NCBI GenBank assembly: GCA_965237525.1
Contig: CBDEFO010000007.1
Span: 52,796-116,795, forward strand
Source of the DNA: Candidatus Latescibacterota bacterium
GTDB lineage: Bacteria > Latescibacterota > CBDEFO01
DNA length: 64,000 nt
Direction: 5' to 3'
The translations under genes were made by a program, and so were the position numbers. Every line of letters begins with the position of its first letter. Position 1 is the first letter of the stretch. This document shows, in pieces, positions 33,474-43,074 of this stretch. The notes beneath the pieces were generated by a model. It worked only from the letters and a program-made list of their open reading frames with translations, was not told the origin of the DNA and made no database searches.

Positions 33474-33623
33474 GACAACAATGTCCGACAAAAATGTCCG
33501 ATGTAAGTACTGATATTCGATAGGGACAAGCATAGTGATAGTCAAAGTCCTGAATATCTGTTAGCAACTACAACGTTTATGGCCGTCTCCTCAAACGTTT
33601 TCGTCTCTGGCACGTCTTTTGCA
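33474..33623 (+). promoter_or_regulatory. Sigma54 promoter with tandem enhancer-like sites
   Basis: TGGCACGTCTTTTGCA at 33608-33623 (consensus -24/-12); 13-bp direct repeat GACAAMAATGTCC at 33474-33486 and 33487-33499. Confidence 0.8.
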
Positions 33624-33651
33624 CTACTTAGGGAATGAAACACAGCTAAAG

Positions 33652-33725
33652 ATTCTCGGCAGACTGGCAAGGGCAAGTGCTCTTACCCCCCTCAGCACAG
33701 ATGCCCTCTTAGGTCTGCCGAGAAT
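33652..33725 (+). ncRNA. Putative structured RNA / 5' leader hairpin with C-rich loop
   Basis: 13-bp perfect stem ATTCTCGGCAGAC/GTCTGCCGAGAAT, inner stems AGGGCA/TGCCCT and GTGCT/AGCAC, loop CTTACCCCCCTC. Confidence 0.55.
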
Positions 33726-33768
33726 AACGGTGATGTCCCTAAAAGGGCGGAGAATTTAGGAGAGAAGA

Positions 33769-34425
33769 ATGCCAGTTATCCAGATTCGGAATTTGGACAC
33801 TTCAGAAATGAAGGACGAGGAACTTATGGCAGGGTTGTCAGACGGAGATATGTCCTGCTTTACAGGGATTGTCGAAAGATACAGGGATAGATTGATAAAC
33901 TTCCTTTTCCGGTTCGTAGGGGATCGCGAGACAGCCGAGGATATAGTCCAAGAGACGTTTCTGAGGGTCTTCAAAAAGAGAAGTTCGAACGCCGACATAA
34001 TGAACTTTTCAACATGGATATTTACGATTGCGAGCAACTTGGCCAAGACAGAACTCAGACGCAGAAAAAGGTGGAAATCTATATCTATAGATGCAGGCGA
34101 TCATGAAACACAAGTTCGGATAGAGGTTGCCGATGACTCACAAAGGCCTGACAACCTTGCTGAGTCGAGAATACTGGACGATATTGTGCACGACGCCATA
34201 CGTTCACTACCTCCTAAATATCGTCAGGCCATCCTGATGAGGGACGTCCAGGGATTATCTTACGAGGAGATTTCAAGGATAACTGAATGCCCGGTAGGGA
34301 CTATCAAATCGAGAGCAAACAGAAGCAGACTCAGGCTTCAGCGTAAACTCAGGAAGTTCAAGGATGAGATCCCTCCCTTGACTGATAGGGTCTATGCTCT
34401 GGTCCCCGAAAAGGTGATGAGGTGA
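33769..34425 (+). CDS. ECF sigma factor (sigma-70 family)
   Basis: AEDIVQETFLRV, FSTWIFTIASN, LSYEEIS...CPVGTIKSR. Confidence 0.92.
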   Translation: MPVIQIRNLDTSEMKDEELMAGLSDGDMSCFTGIVERYRDRLINFLFRFVGDRETAEDIVQETFLRVFKKRSSNADIMNFSTWIFTIASNLAKTELRRRKRWKSISIDAGDHETQVRIEVADDSQRPDNLAESRILDDIVHDAIRSLPPKYRQAILMRDVQGLSYEEISRITECPVGTIKSRANRSRLRLQRKLRKFKDEIPPLTDRVYALVPEKVMR

Positions 34426-34447
34426 GCCCTCAAAAAGGGTGAGGATA

Positions 34448-35014
34448 ATGAACAAATTTCGAAGAAAGACTGTGCCTTTATTGATCCTGCTATCTGTTGC
34501 ATTTACTCCGAAAGCTGGATCGGCGTCACAGCAAGATTCCAGATCGATTGTCCTGGATCGGAAGGGCAACAGGTTTGAGGTATCAAATCTTCTTTTAGGG
34601 GGACGTAACGATCTGGTCTTTACAGCGGGAAAGCAGAGATACAGGATTAAGTTTAATCAGATAAGAAAAGTAGAGCTTCAGGGGCATAGCGCAGATGAGA
34701 AGAAATCGATAGTGGTAACACTCAGGGATGGCAAAGTACTGAGTGGAGCCATATTTGCAGATACGAATACGCCCAACACGAGCGGCTCTATCAGATTTAG
34801 AGTGAGTAAGACGCTTTCAGGTGAGACAAAGTTGGGAAAGTTTTCCCTGTCCCTCAAGGACGTCAGGCAGATAGTCTTTCGCCACGATGAAAGTATAAGA
34901 TATTGCCCGGTGGATCAAAAGAGGTTCGTCGACTCGGAATTCAACTTTTGTCCATATCACGGCGATAGGCTTGTTACAGGGAAGGATCTCGCTAGGGTAA
35001 TCGTAGTGGAATGA
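34448..35014 (+). CDS. Secreted hypothetical protein with C-terminal zinc-ribbon-like motif
   Basis: Signal peptide; repeated I-x4-I/V-R-x-V/I strands; CPVD...FCPYHG. Confidence 0.6.
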   Translation: MNKFRRKTVPLLILLSVAFTPKAGSASQQDSRSIVLDRKGNRFEVSNLLLGGRNDLVFTAGKQRYRIKFNQIRKVELQGHSADEKKSIVVTLRDGKVLSGAIFADTNTPNTSGSIRFRVSKTLSGETKLGKFSLSLKDVRQIVFRHDESIRYCPVDQKRFVDSEFNFCPYHGDRLVTGKDLARVIVVE

Positions 35015-35040
35015 TAAACTGCGCGTGATATATACAGCAC

Positions 35041-35079
35041 AAGAGCGATCATCAAATACGATGGTCGCTCTTTTTCTTT
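35041..35079 (+). terminator. Rho-independent terminator
   Basis: AAGAGCGATCATC-N6-GATGGTCGCTCTT followed by TTTCTTT. Confidence 0.8.
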
Positions 35080-35410
35080 GTACAACACGAGAAGCTTTAC
35101 AAAACCTTCTAATCTCATTCGGAAAGACAAAGTTTAAGTTTTGCAGAGAGATAACGATTTGTCCCAACGTATGTATTCGTAGAGGCGAGCTAACCCCGGC
35201 ATACATTCGGTTTGGGTTGCTTATTTCAGGGCCCACAGGGGCGAACCCATGCGGAGAAACTCCTGCAAAAATGCTACCTTTCCGAATCACAAAAAACCTT
35301 GTAAAGACTTCTGGACTTGGAGCGTGGTTGTTCGTATATTTTATACTTGGATTCAGTCTTTGAAAAGGCCCTAGCTCAAGTTATCTGACTGTTATTGATG
35401 GAGGAGAGCA

Positions 35411-35929
35411 ATGACACTCAAGATGTTAGGGAAAAGGATAGTGGAAGTGGCCTATTTAGAAGGGGATTTTGTGCTGAGTTCGGGTAAAAGGAGCAATTAT
35501 TACCTGGACAAGTATCTCTTTCTGGGGCAGCCGGAGATATTGAAAGCCATAGCGACACATATAGCCCAAATGATCCCCGACAAAGTGGACAGAATAGCCG
35601 GCCCGGAACTCGGAGCGGTGCCTTTAGCGGCGGCTCTTTCTATCCAGACAGGCATACCATTTGTCATAGTCCGAAAGGAGGCAAAGGGATACGGCACAAG
35701 CGCACAGGTGGAAGGAGGCATAAAGATAGGAGAATCACTAATCTTGATAGAGGACGTGGCAACTACGGGAAGTCAAGCTATCGCTGCAGCCGAACATCTG
35801 ACACGGATAGGCAATAAAATCGTAAAAATAATATGTGTTATAGACAGGGAAGAAGGAGCAAAACAGAACGCTCAAGAGGCGGGATACACACTGGAATCCC
35901 TCTTTACAAAGACTGGCTTGGGGATATAG
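35411..35929 (+). CDS. pyrE: Orotate phosphoribosyltransferase
   Basis: GDFVLSSGK..YYLD, VRKEAKGYG, IEDVATTG. Confidence 0.93.
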   Translation: MTLKMLGKRIVEVAYLEGDFVLSSGKRSNYYLDKYLFLGQPEILKAIATHIAQMIPDKVDRIAGPELGAVPLAAALSIQTGIPFVIVRKEAKGYGTSAQVEGGIKIGESLILIEDVATTGSQAIAAAEHLTRIGNKIVKIICVIDREEGAKQNAQEAGYTLESLFTKTGLGI

Positions 35930-35969
35930 CGAGCGAACACAAGAGCGCACGCCTAATGCATTAACTATT

Positions 35970-36266
35970 CTACAAATACCCGAGGTCTTTCAGCAACTTC
36001 TTAACAGTCTCTACATCCTCAGGCGCTAATTCTTGATTGACCGGCAGTTTGGATAAAGGATGATCAGGTCTGCCCCAGGATATTCCTGCCCAGACCCGTT
36101 CGTGTCCATAATACAACAGCATTTTCGACAGAAGTTCGAAGAATCCTATGCCCAACGATAACATCAACTGATTAGTAAAGATATAGACTATGACCATCGT
36201 CGTGAATGTAGCAAGCACCCTCCAACTGATGGTCTTAACGATGCTCCTTTTGCTCGGTTCTTTCAT
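35970..36266 (-). CDS. DUF2061-type small membrane protein
   Basis: RSIVKTISWR...YYGHERVW..ISWG. Confidence 0.8.
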   Translation of the reverse strand: MKEPSKRSIVKTISWRVLATFTTMVIVYIFTNQLMLSLGIGFFELLSKMLLYYGHERVWAGISWGRPDHPLSKLPVNQELAPEDVETVKKLLKDLGYL

Positions 36267-36316
36267 AGCTCCTCATTTAATGATGAAATGTTTTGCTATC
36301 CTATTAGCAATTGGAA

Positions 36317-36681
36317 GAGCCGAAGCCAACCTATAAGCCGAGTTCTGTCTCCAAAGGAGGGCGATCATCTGTCTGGGATGCCGATTCCTCGACACCTCAA
36401 TGCGGTCTACCCAGAGGTCGAACGGGACGGGCAGCCCCTCCCTCTCTATTTGACCTTGCTTCCGATGGGGTTTAGCCTGCCGCTTCTGTCGCCAGAAGCT
36501 CGGTGAGCTCTTACCTCGCCTTTTCACCTTTGCCTGTGCCTAAGAAGGGCCATCGGCTGTGTGTTTTCTGTGCCACTTTCCATCGGGTTACCCCGCCTGG
36601 GAGTTACCCAGCATCGTGCCCTTTGAAGCTCGGACTTTCCTCACTTTTAAAAAAGCGCGATCGCCCGGTTTGCTTCGACTC
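36317..36681 (-). ncRNA. rnpB: RNase P RNA (type A)
   Basis: Minus strand has GAGGAAAGTCCGAGCT and ACAGAACTCGGCTTA; closing stem GAGTCGAAGC/GCTTCGGCTC. Confidence 0.95.
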
Positions 36682-36879
36682 TTTTTCAGTCCTCAGTCCT
36701 AATCTATGTAAAACGTAATTCGTAATAGTAGAGGCAGTTCTTATAAGCCAAAAGAAAGCAATAGGTTAAAGCACGACATTAGACTAATTTCAAAATCTCT
36801 CCCAAGCTCTTGTCTAACTATTACTTTTCAAGATACATTTCTTATTATGCAGTGTCCACATATTAGCTATAGAAAAGTA

Positions 36880-37214
36880 CGGCAGAGGACTCCCGGATTT
36901 AACTCGGAGATGAATGCTGCTAGTGCCCCCAGAAAGTTTAGTTTCCCAACGGACAAAACATTTCCTTTTTTTGTATTTTTATATTTCTCATAAGGCTGGG
37001 AGTGCCGGGCCTGCCGCTAAGGGCGACCTGCTCTTTAGCAGTAGAACAGGTCGAAGGTTCTGAAACCGAATCTTGGGAGCCCGTCTCTGACAATAACCAT
37101 TAAGCGCCAGCTTCGAGAGAATTCACAGGCTGAGCGCGGCTTTCAGGTGCTAACGCTGACTGTTGGGTCGAGCGCTGCCTGATAAACCCCTTTATTTAAC
37201 GGCGAGAGTCGTCA
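36880..37214 (+). mobile_element. Non-autonomous IS200/IS605-like element (no ORF) with putative right-end RNA
   Basis: Left-end-like hairpin GGCAGAGGACTCCCGGATTTAACTCGGAGATGAATGC and right-end-like AAACCCCTTTATTTAACGGCGAGAGTCGTCA; GC-rich structured interior. Confidence 0.5.
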
Positions 37215-37934
37215 TCAGTTCATCTTATCTGCTTTCCAGACCAGTATCCTCCCACAACTTTCACACGCAATCACTCTGTCGTTTCTTCTGATTTCGCTGG
37301 CCCTCTGAGGTGGAAGTTGTCTAAAGCATCCTCCACAAGCTCCTTTCATTACTGGAACCACAGCAATACTTTTACCACGCCGAACCCTCTTGTAAACTGA
37401 CAAAGCCCTCCTATCTACACCGTCCTGAACGATCTTTCCTTTGCCCTCCAAAGCGTCTATATCCCCGTCCAAAGACCGTAACTTTTCGGACAATTCGGAG
37501 ATCTTGCTCGATTTTTCGGCATCCATTTCTGCGAGGGCTCCAGACTCAACCTCCATTTTAGTCTTCAGCTCTTCAATTCCCTCCATCGCTGCCAAGATCT
37601 CAGATTCGCTAAGGTCGATCTTCTTCTGATAGGTCTGGATCTCCCCCTGCAGCGCGTCATATTCTCTGTTTGTCTTTATATTACGCTGGTAGAGTCGACC
37701 CTGGTGCTCCTTCAACTCCCCGTTGGCGACCTCCAACTCCCGCTCAAAGTGGCGCCTGTTCTTTTCAAGCTCCTGGGAATCTTCTTCCTTTTGGCACAAG
37801 GCCTCCTTCGCTGCCTTTAACTCCTGCCCCAAACGTTCTATTTCCTTGGGATACTCCTCTCTTGACTTCTTAAGATCGTCGATAGCGCTGTCTATCTCTT
37901 GAAGATCTAAAAGCTTCGTAAGATTTTCTTTCAT
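37215..37934 (-). CDS. C4-type zinc ribbon coiled-coil protein (DUF164 family)
   Basis: LLDLQEID, KTNREY, CGGC...CESCGRIL. Confidence 0.88.
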   Translation of the reverse strand: MKENLTKLLDLQEIDSAIDDLKKSREEYPKEIERLGQELKAAKEALCQKEEDSQELEKNRRHFERELEVANGELKEHQGRLYQRNIKTNREYDALQGEIQTYQKKIDLSESEILAAMEGIEELKTKMEVESGALAEMDAEKSSKISELSEKLRSLDGDIDALEGKGKIVQDGVDRRALSVYKRVRRGKSIAVVPVMKGACGGCFRQLPPQRASEIRRNDRVIACESCGRILVWKADKMN

Positions 37935-37967
37935 ACTCTACCCCCTTAAACTTACATAAGATAGCAT

Positions 37968-37997
37968 AAAAAAAGCGCACCATCTAAGTGCGCTTTT
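37968..37997 (-). terminator. Terminator-like hairpin downstream of the tRNAs
   Basis: AAAAGCGCAC-N7-GTGCGCTTTT with a T-run on the minus strand. Confidence 0.6.
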
Positions 37998-38088
37998 GTA
38001 TAACCCTCGACTTATGTTTATTAATCCGAATTTATAGCCGTTGCAAAGACCGCCTCGCCAGACTCCCGATCTTATCTTTTCATATAGA

Positions 38089-38165
38089 TGGTGGGCGATA
38101 CTGGACTCGAACCAGTGACCTCTGGTATGTGAAACCAGCGCTCTGACCAGCTGAGCTAACCGCCC
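38089..38165 (-). tRNA. tRNA-Val(CAC)
   Basis: GGGCGGTTAGCTCAG...CTGGT-TTCACAT-ACCAG...GGTTCGAGTCC...CGCCCACCA. Confidence 0.95.
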
Positions 38166-38221
38166 CTGCCAGCCACGTTTAAAAAACATTCTATATGACC
38201 TTCTCCTTGAAGTATATATTT

Positions 38222-38298
38222 TGGTGGGTCCACTAGGACTCGAACCTAGGACCTACTGATTATGAGTCAGTTGCTCTAACCGACTGAGCTATGGACCC
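38222..38298 (-). tRNA. tRNA with CAT anticodon, probably tRNA-Ile2 (lysidine)
   Basis: GGGTCCATAGCTCAG...CTGA-CTCATAA-TCAG...GGACCCACCA; paired G1, lacks the initiator GGG/CCC anticodon stem. Confidence 0.88.
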
Positions 38299-38332
38299 TC
38301 ACTTTATAATTTAACAAATCCCGATCAAAATT

Positions 38333-40126
38333 TCAAGATGTTTTTTTAATATCGATAAGAGAGCGTTTTCTCCTGTCCAAAGCGACATGCTCTCGAAGGA
38401 GCTCTGTTACTTTCTTATCGTCTCCTTCATTTTCAGCTTCTTTAATCTTTGCTTCGAGCTCTTCTATCCTCTTTTCTATAGACTTTCGCTGCAGTCTTCG
38501 TATGTGGTCATCTAAAGACTGTTCTATCTGAGATTCATCGAAGTCCTCCAAAGATATCTTTGAGATCAGCTTTGCAAGTTTTGAGTCTCTTGAATCCTCG
38601 CCCAAAGTCACTACGCCGACGTCTACACCCCTTTCTGACGCTTTAAATATCAGACTTGCTATCTGTCTGTGCGATTTCTCCGTGAAATCCTCCGGAGCTA
38701 TCAGATCCTTTGCCTCTCTGACTGCATCCTTGCAGTTTATCATTATCTTCAAAAGCTCTCTTTCCCATTTGGGTTCTGAGACGGTCACATCTTCTATTTC
38801 ATCTGACTCTGTCTTTTTGGCTGTCCTCCTTTTCGATTTGTCAATTATCCTCCCGACGGCCCTGTACAGAGTCTTTTCATCCACGCTGAACTCGTCAGCT
38901 ATCCCCTTTATCAAGAGATTCCTCTTTATCTCGTCCTTAACCTTGGACACGCTCTCAGATAGAGAATTCAAGGCCTTGGTTTTCCCCTCCACATGTGAGA
39001 GCAACCCCTCTTTTTTCATAAGATCTATCTTGTAGTCCAGAAAATAGCTCGCATTATTCAGGTGATCATAAAAGCTATCTTTTCCTCTATCCTTTATGAA
39101 ACTGTCAGGGTCATATCCCATCGGCAGGGAAACTATCTCAGGGGTAAGGTCAGATCCCAGCAGGACATCCATCCCCCTCAAAGACGCCGAAGAGCCTGCG
39201 GCATCAGAGTCATAAACTATGATTACTCTGTCTGTATAGCGCGATAGCAATCTGGCCTGTTCGTAAGTAAAAGCGGTCCCCGAAGACGCAACTGCGTTGT
39301 CTATCCCCTCCTGAACGAGCCTTATGAGGTCCATATATCCCTCCACAACTATCGCAGACCCCTCTTTCCTTATGGAATCCTTGGCCTGATGGAGGCCGTA
39401 CAGGACCGATCCCTTGTGATATATTTCCGTATCGGGAGAGTTGAGATACTTGGGCTCCTGATCGTCGTCCAAAGTCCTCGCGCCGAAGCCTGTAACTTTT
39501 CCGCTTATCCCCACGATGGGAAACGTAATCCTGTCTCTGAATCTGTCGTAAAAGCCGCCGTCCTTCCTCGCAATTGCCAATCCCGCTCTTGCCAGGATCT
39601 CTCCTGAAAGCCCTCGCTTTTGCGCTTGTTTCAGAAGATCGTCCCAATCTGGAAGAGAATAGCCCAAAGAGAACCTTTGAACTGTCTCTTCGGACAATCC
39701 CCTCTCCCTCAGATAGGCACGCGCACCCTCGCTACGTTTGTCCTTCCATAGAAGATGGCAGAAATAGTCCTTTGCCAGTTGATTGGCTCTATATAGATCG
39801 TCATTAGAAGCCTTCTCACCCCTTCCGACAGATGGCAGGCTAATCCCAGTCCTTTCTGATAGAGACCTTACCGCCTCAAAAAAGCTCACCTTCTCAAGCT
39901 CCATTAGGAACGAAAAGACGTTTCCTCCAGAGCCGCAGCCGAAGCAATAGTACATCTGTTTTTCCGGACTTACGCTGAAGGAAGGGGTCTTTTCAGCGTG
40001 GAAGGGACAAAGAGCGGAGAAATTGCGCCCTCTCTTCTGCAGGGAGACATAATCGGACACCACTTCCACAATATCGACCGAATCCTTGATCCTCTCCACC
40101 AATTCGTCAGGAACCCTGTAAGCCAT
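38333..40126 (-). CDS. dnaG: DNA primase
   Basis: CPFHAEKTPSF, CFGC, FRDRITFP, KYLNSP, VEGYMD, YDSDAAG. Confidence 0.97.
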   Translation of the reverse strand: MAYRVPDELVERIKDSVDIVEVVSDYVSLQKRGRNFSALCPFHAEKTPSFSVSPEKQMYYCFGCGSGGNVFSFLMELEKVSFFEAVRSLSERTGISLPSVGRGEKASNDDLYRANQLAKDYFCHLLWKDKRSEGARAYLRERGLSEETVQRFSLGYSLPDWDDLLKQAQKRGLSGEILARAGLAIARKDGGFYDRFRDRITFPIVGISGKVTGFGARTLDDDQEPKYLNSPDTEIYHKGSVLYGLHQAKDSIRKEGSAIVVEGYMDLIRLVQEGIDNAVASSGTAFTYEQARLLSRYTDRVIIVYDSDAAGSSASLRGMDVLLGSDLTPEIVSLPMGYDPDSFIKDRGKDSFYDHLNNASYFLDYKIDLMKKEGLLSHVEGKTKALNSLSESVSKVKDEIKRNLLIKGIADEFSVDEKTLYRAVGRIIDKSKRRTAKKTESDEIEDVTVSEPKWERELLKIMINCKDAVREAKDLIAPEDFTEKSHRQIASLIFKASERGVDVGVVTLGEDSRDSKLAKLISKISLEDFDESQIEQSLDDHIRRLQRKSIEKRIEELEAKIKEAENEGDDKKVTELLREHVALDRRKRSLIDIKKTS

Positions 40127-40289
40127 GATCTATTCTATCCTATGTCTTCCGGTCCATAGATCCTATCGGTCCAGGCATATTGTTTGATTCCGATTACAAA
40201 TATTAAGCTAAATGTTCCAGACTTTCTCAAGGGAAATACGTGTTGTTGGATACTCTTGCTTAGAACTTGAATTCTCGTATCTTTTCCAA

Positions 40290-40854
40290 CTAATTCGATC
40301 CTTCTTGAACAGTTAAACGCCTGAATGCTTCAAGAGCAATAGATATGAGAGAGTCGACCACTTTTTTCTTCAACAGACCCTTTAACAGAAATCCGGGAAC
40401 GAAAAAATCTGGTCTGGCTTTAAGAGAATAGGTTAAAACCGAACCCTTATCCGCCCTCTCCAATCCCCAGGAGCCCTCATAAAGCTTGAAATCTCCCTCT
40501 TTCTGCCGAAAAGTTATACCGAGCAAAAAAATCTTCCTTCACCTCAAGGAGTGCATGAATCTTACGGCTGAACAAGAAAAAATTTGCTATTCCCACCTGA
40601 TCCAGGAGGATACCCCCATCGCTGTCAAATCCCAGGGAGTCACTGCTGACCATATCCGGCATAAAGGTCTCCAGGTTATCATAGTCCGTTATCACCTCCC
40701 ACACTATCCGATCGGGAGCGGCTATCTGAACCCTGCCCTCTACGTAGTATATGCCCTCGTGCTTTTCTATTTTTACATCAGCGTTTGGCTCAAAGTCCGA
40801 TGCCTCTAAGGCAGCGGTCAAGAATAGGGAGATTAGGATTAGCGTTTTAGACAT
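40290..40854 (-). pseudogene. Secreted SRPBCC/polyketide-cyclase-like protein, frameshifted
   Basis: VWEVITDYDNL..FMP..VSS in the first ORF; GDFKLYEGSW in the second; break at a 7-base homopolymer 40525-40531. Confidence 0.7.
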
Positions 40855-40964
40855 CTTGCTTACGAATCTTCACTTTCGACTATCCCCCCTCAGTCTCGTA
40901 TAAGTTCCGATTACGAAAATAAACAAAAAACCCACTAAAGTCAAAAGTATATTTAAGGGAACTG

Positions 40965-41270
40965 CGTGAATCCTCAATTCCCGAAACTTGCGCCCTCTCT
41001 CAGAATTATCCCAATCCGTTCAACCCCCAAACAGTGATACATTATGATCTTCCTGTTGGAAGCCATGTTGATATATCTGTCTTCAATCTGATGGGACAGA
41101 AGGTCGCGACACTGGTGGATGGTCACAGATCAGCAGGTAGCTACTCTTTGGTCTGGGATGGCAAAGATAGTAATGGAAAGAGTCTTGCCAGCGGAGTCTA
41201 TTTCTATCGGATAGAGGCAGATGGCTCGGAGAGATTTGTGCAGACAAGGAAACTGGTCTTGATGAGGTAG
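40965..41270 (+). pseudogene. Orphan C-terminal sorting / FlgD-Ig domain fragment
   Basis: ALSQNYPNPFNPQTVIHYDLP...WDGKD..G..LASGVYFYR..TRKLVLMR; no ATG, signal peptide or cargo upstream. Confidence 0.7.
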
Positions 41271-41286
41271 ACTTTACTACGATCTA

Positions 41287-41395
41287 TAGGGGCAGACCCG
41301 TGTGTCTGCCCCTGAACATGCGCATAAATCGGGCGAACCACTTCGCGGCTAATTGCCATATCACTCTGTCCACTACCCCATGGCTTCGCCCCTAC
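41287..41395. repeat. REP-like inverted pair
   Basis: TAGGGGCAGACCCGTGTGTCTGCCCC and GGGCGAACCA...TGGCTTCGCCCCTAC; related pieces at ~1381-1398, ~13932-13954, ~30323-30343, ~57552-57582. Confidence 0.7.
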
Positions 41396-41460
41396 ATTCA
41401 TTAGGCGATACAATAGCCGAAGCTTGGTTTGACGGGCTTCGGCTATCTTCATTACTAAGT

Positions 41461-42930
41461 TCAAAAAAAGAACTCATCACTTGCTTGCCAGCGCGACAGC
41501 ACGATCTTCTGCCGGGTATAAAACATTACCCCTTCCGTGCCCTGGCAGTGCAAATCGCCGTAAAAAGACTGGTCCCAGCCTGAGAATGAAAACAAGGCCA
41601 CGGGAGCAGGGACGCCCAGATTGACGCCGATCATCCCGCATTTTACCCCCATAGCGAACTGCCTTGCTGCGCTCCCGCTGCCCGTAAAGATGGTGGCAGC
41701 GTTGCCATAAGGAATGCGGTTGAACCACTCAATCGCCTCGCCGAGGGAAGAGGGATGCATCATGGACAAAACCGGTCCAAAAATTTCTTCGTAGAAGACC
41801 GGTTGCTCCGGAGTAACCTCGTCGAAGAGAGTAGGACTTACGAAAAAGCCCCTGTCGGGGATGCGATTCCGGCCATCCCCCACTACCCCTATCCCCTGGT
41901 CCGCAGCCCCATCGATGTAGGAGAAGATTCGATCCCGGGCCCCACCATTTATCACCGGCCCCATCTGGGCCTCTGGGTTAGCGACCGTATCCTCCACCTT
42001 AATCTTGTCCATCGCGGCGACAACCTGCTCCAGAAGCGGCTTCCCTGCCTTGCCGACGCCCATTAGTAGCGACCCCGCCATACATCGTTGCCCGGCACAC
42101 CCAAAGGCAGACCCCATTATGGCCTTCACGGTTGGATCCGGATCGGCATCCGGCATGACCAGGAGTACGTTTTTCGCGCCGCCTGCTGACTGCACCCGTT
42201 TGCCATGTTTACAAGCCAGCTCGTAGACGTGCTGCGCAACGGGCGACGAACCTACAAAACTGATGGCGGATATACCCGGATGGGTGCAGATCGCGTCCAC
42301 TACGTCCACACCGCCGTGCACAATATTGAACACACCTTCCGGAAGCCCGGCCTCAATGAAGATTTCCGCCAGCCTGTTGGCCGTCAGGGGCACCTTTTCG
42401 CTGGGCTTGAGAATAAAGGTGTTGCCGCAGGCAATAGCCATTGGAAACATCCACATGGGCACCATGGCGGGGAAGTTAAAGGGCGTTATGCCGGCGCATA
42501 CCCCGATGGGCTCTCGCATAGTCTGTCCATCTATTCCCTCGGCCACCTGGGGCAAATTCTCGCCTTTGGTCAGGTGGGCAATATTGCAGGCGAATTCGAC
42601 TACTTCCAGGCCTCGGCGCATGTCACCCTTGGCTTCTTCAAGGGTCTTCCCGTTTTCCCTGCATATGATCAGGCTGAGTTCAGAAAAGTTCGCTTCTAAC
42701 AGTTCCCGGTAGCGGAACAGAACACGCGCTCTTGAAAGAGCTGGTGTCTTGGCCCAGGAGATAAAGGCTTTGCGGGCTGCCTCTACAGCTATATCTACTT
42801 CCCTGGCCCCGCACATCGGGATCTGGGCGATGACTTCGCCTGTGGAGGGATTGTAGACCTTGTCTAATTGTGTCACTTCAGGTTGGGACCACTTGTCGCC
42901 AACCAGGATAGGTACCACCGGGGGAGCCAT
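41461..42930 (-). CDS. mmsA: CoA-acylating (methyl)malonate-semialdehyde dehydrogenase
   Basis: GITPFNFPAMVP, KPSE, FVGS, GCAGQRCMA, EEIFGP, FYGDLH. Confidence 0.9.
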   Translation of the reverse strand: MAPPVVPILVGDKWSQPEVTQLDKVYNPSTGEVIAQIPMCGAREVDIAVEAARKAFISWAKTPALSRARVLFRYRELLEANFSELSLIICRENGKTLEEAKGDMRRGLEVVEFACNIAHLTKGENLPQVAEGIDGQTMREPIGVCAGITPFNFPAMVPMWMFPMAIACGNTFILKPSEKVPLTANRLAEIFIEAGLPEGVFNIVHGGVDVVDAICTHPGISAISFVGSSPVAQHVYELACKHGKRVQSAGGAKNVLLVMPDADPDPTVKAIMGSAFGCAGQRCMAGSLLMGVGKAGKPLLEQVVAAMDKIKVEDTVANPEAQMGPVINGGARDRIFSYIDGAADQGIGVVGDGRNRIPDRGFFVSPTLFDEVTPEQPVFYEEIFGPVLSMMHPSSLGEAIEWFNRIPYGNAATIFTGSGSAARQFAMGVKCGMIGVNLGVPAPVALFSFSGWDQSFYGDLHCQGTEGVMFYTRQKIVLSRWQASDEFFF

Positions 42931-43074
42931 AGTGTCACCTCCTCTTTTCTATGTTATCAGATAACTAAGCTTGCTCTTTACCCTTTCCCCGATCCCCGAT
43001 TGAATCCCCAATTGTCCCCGAATGAATCTATCGGGGATCAGGGATAAGCCCAAAACAGGCGCTCAAATGAACAA

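Noticed and set aside
36273-36718. Short ORFs on both strands
   Set aside because: They overlap the RNase P RNA gene
37938-38189. 83-aa ORF
   Set aside because: Overlaps tRNA-Val; spurious
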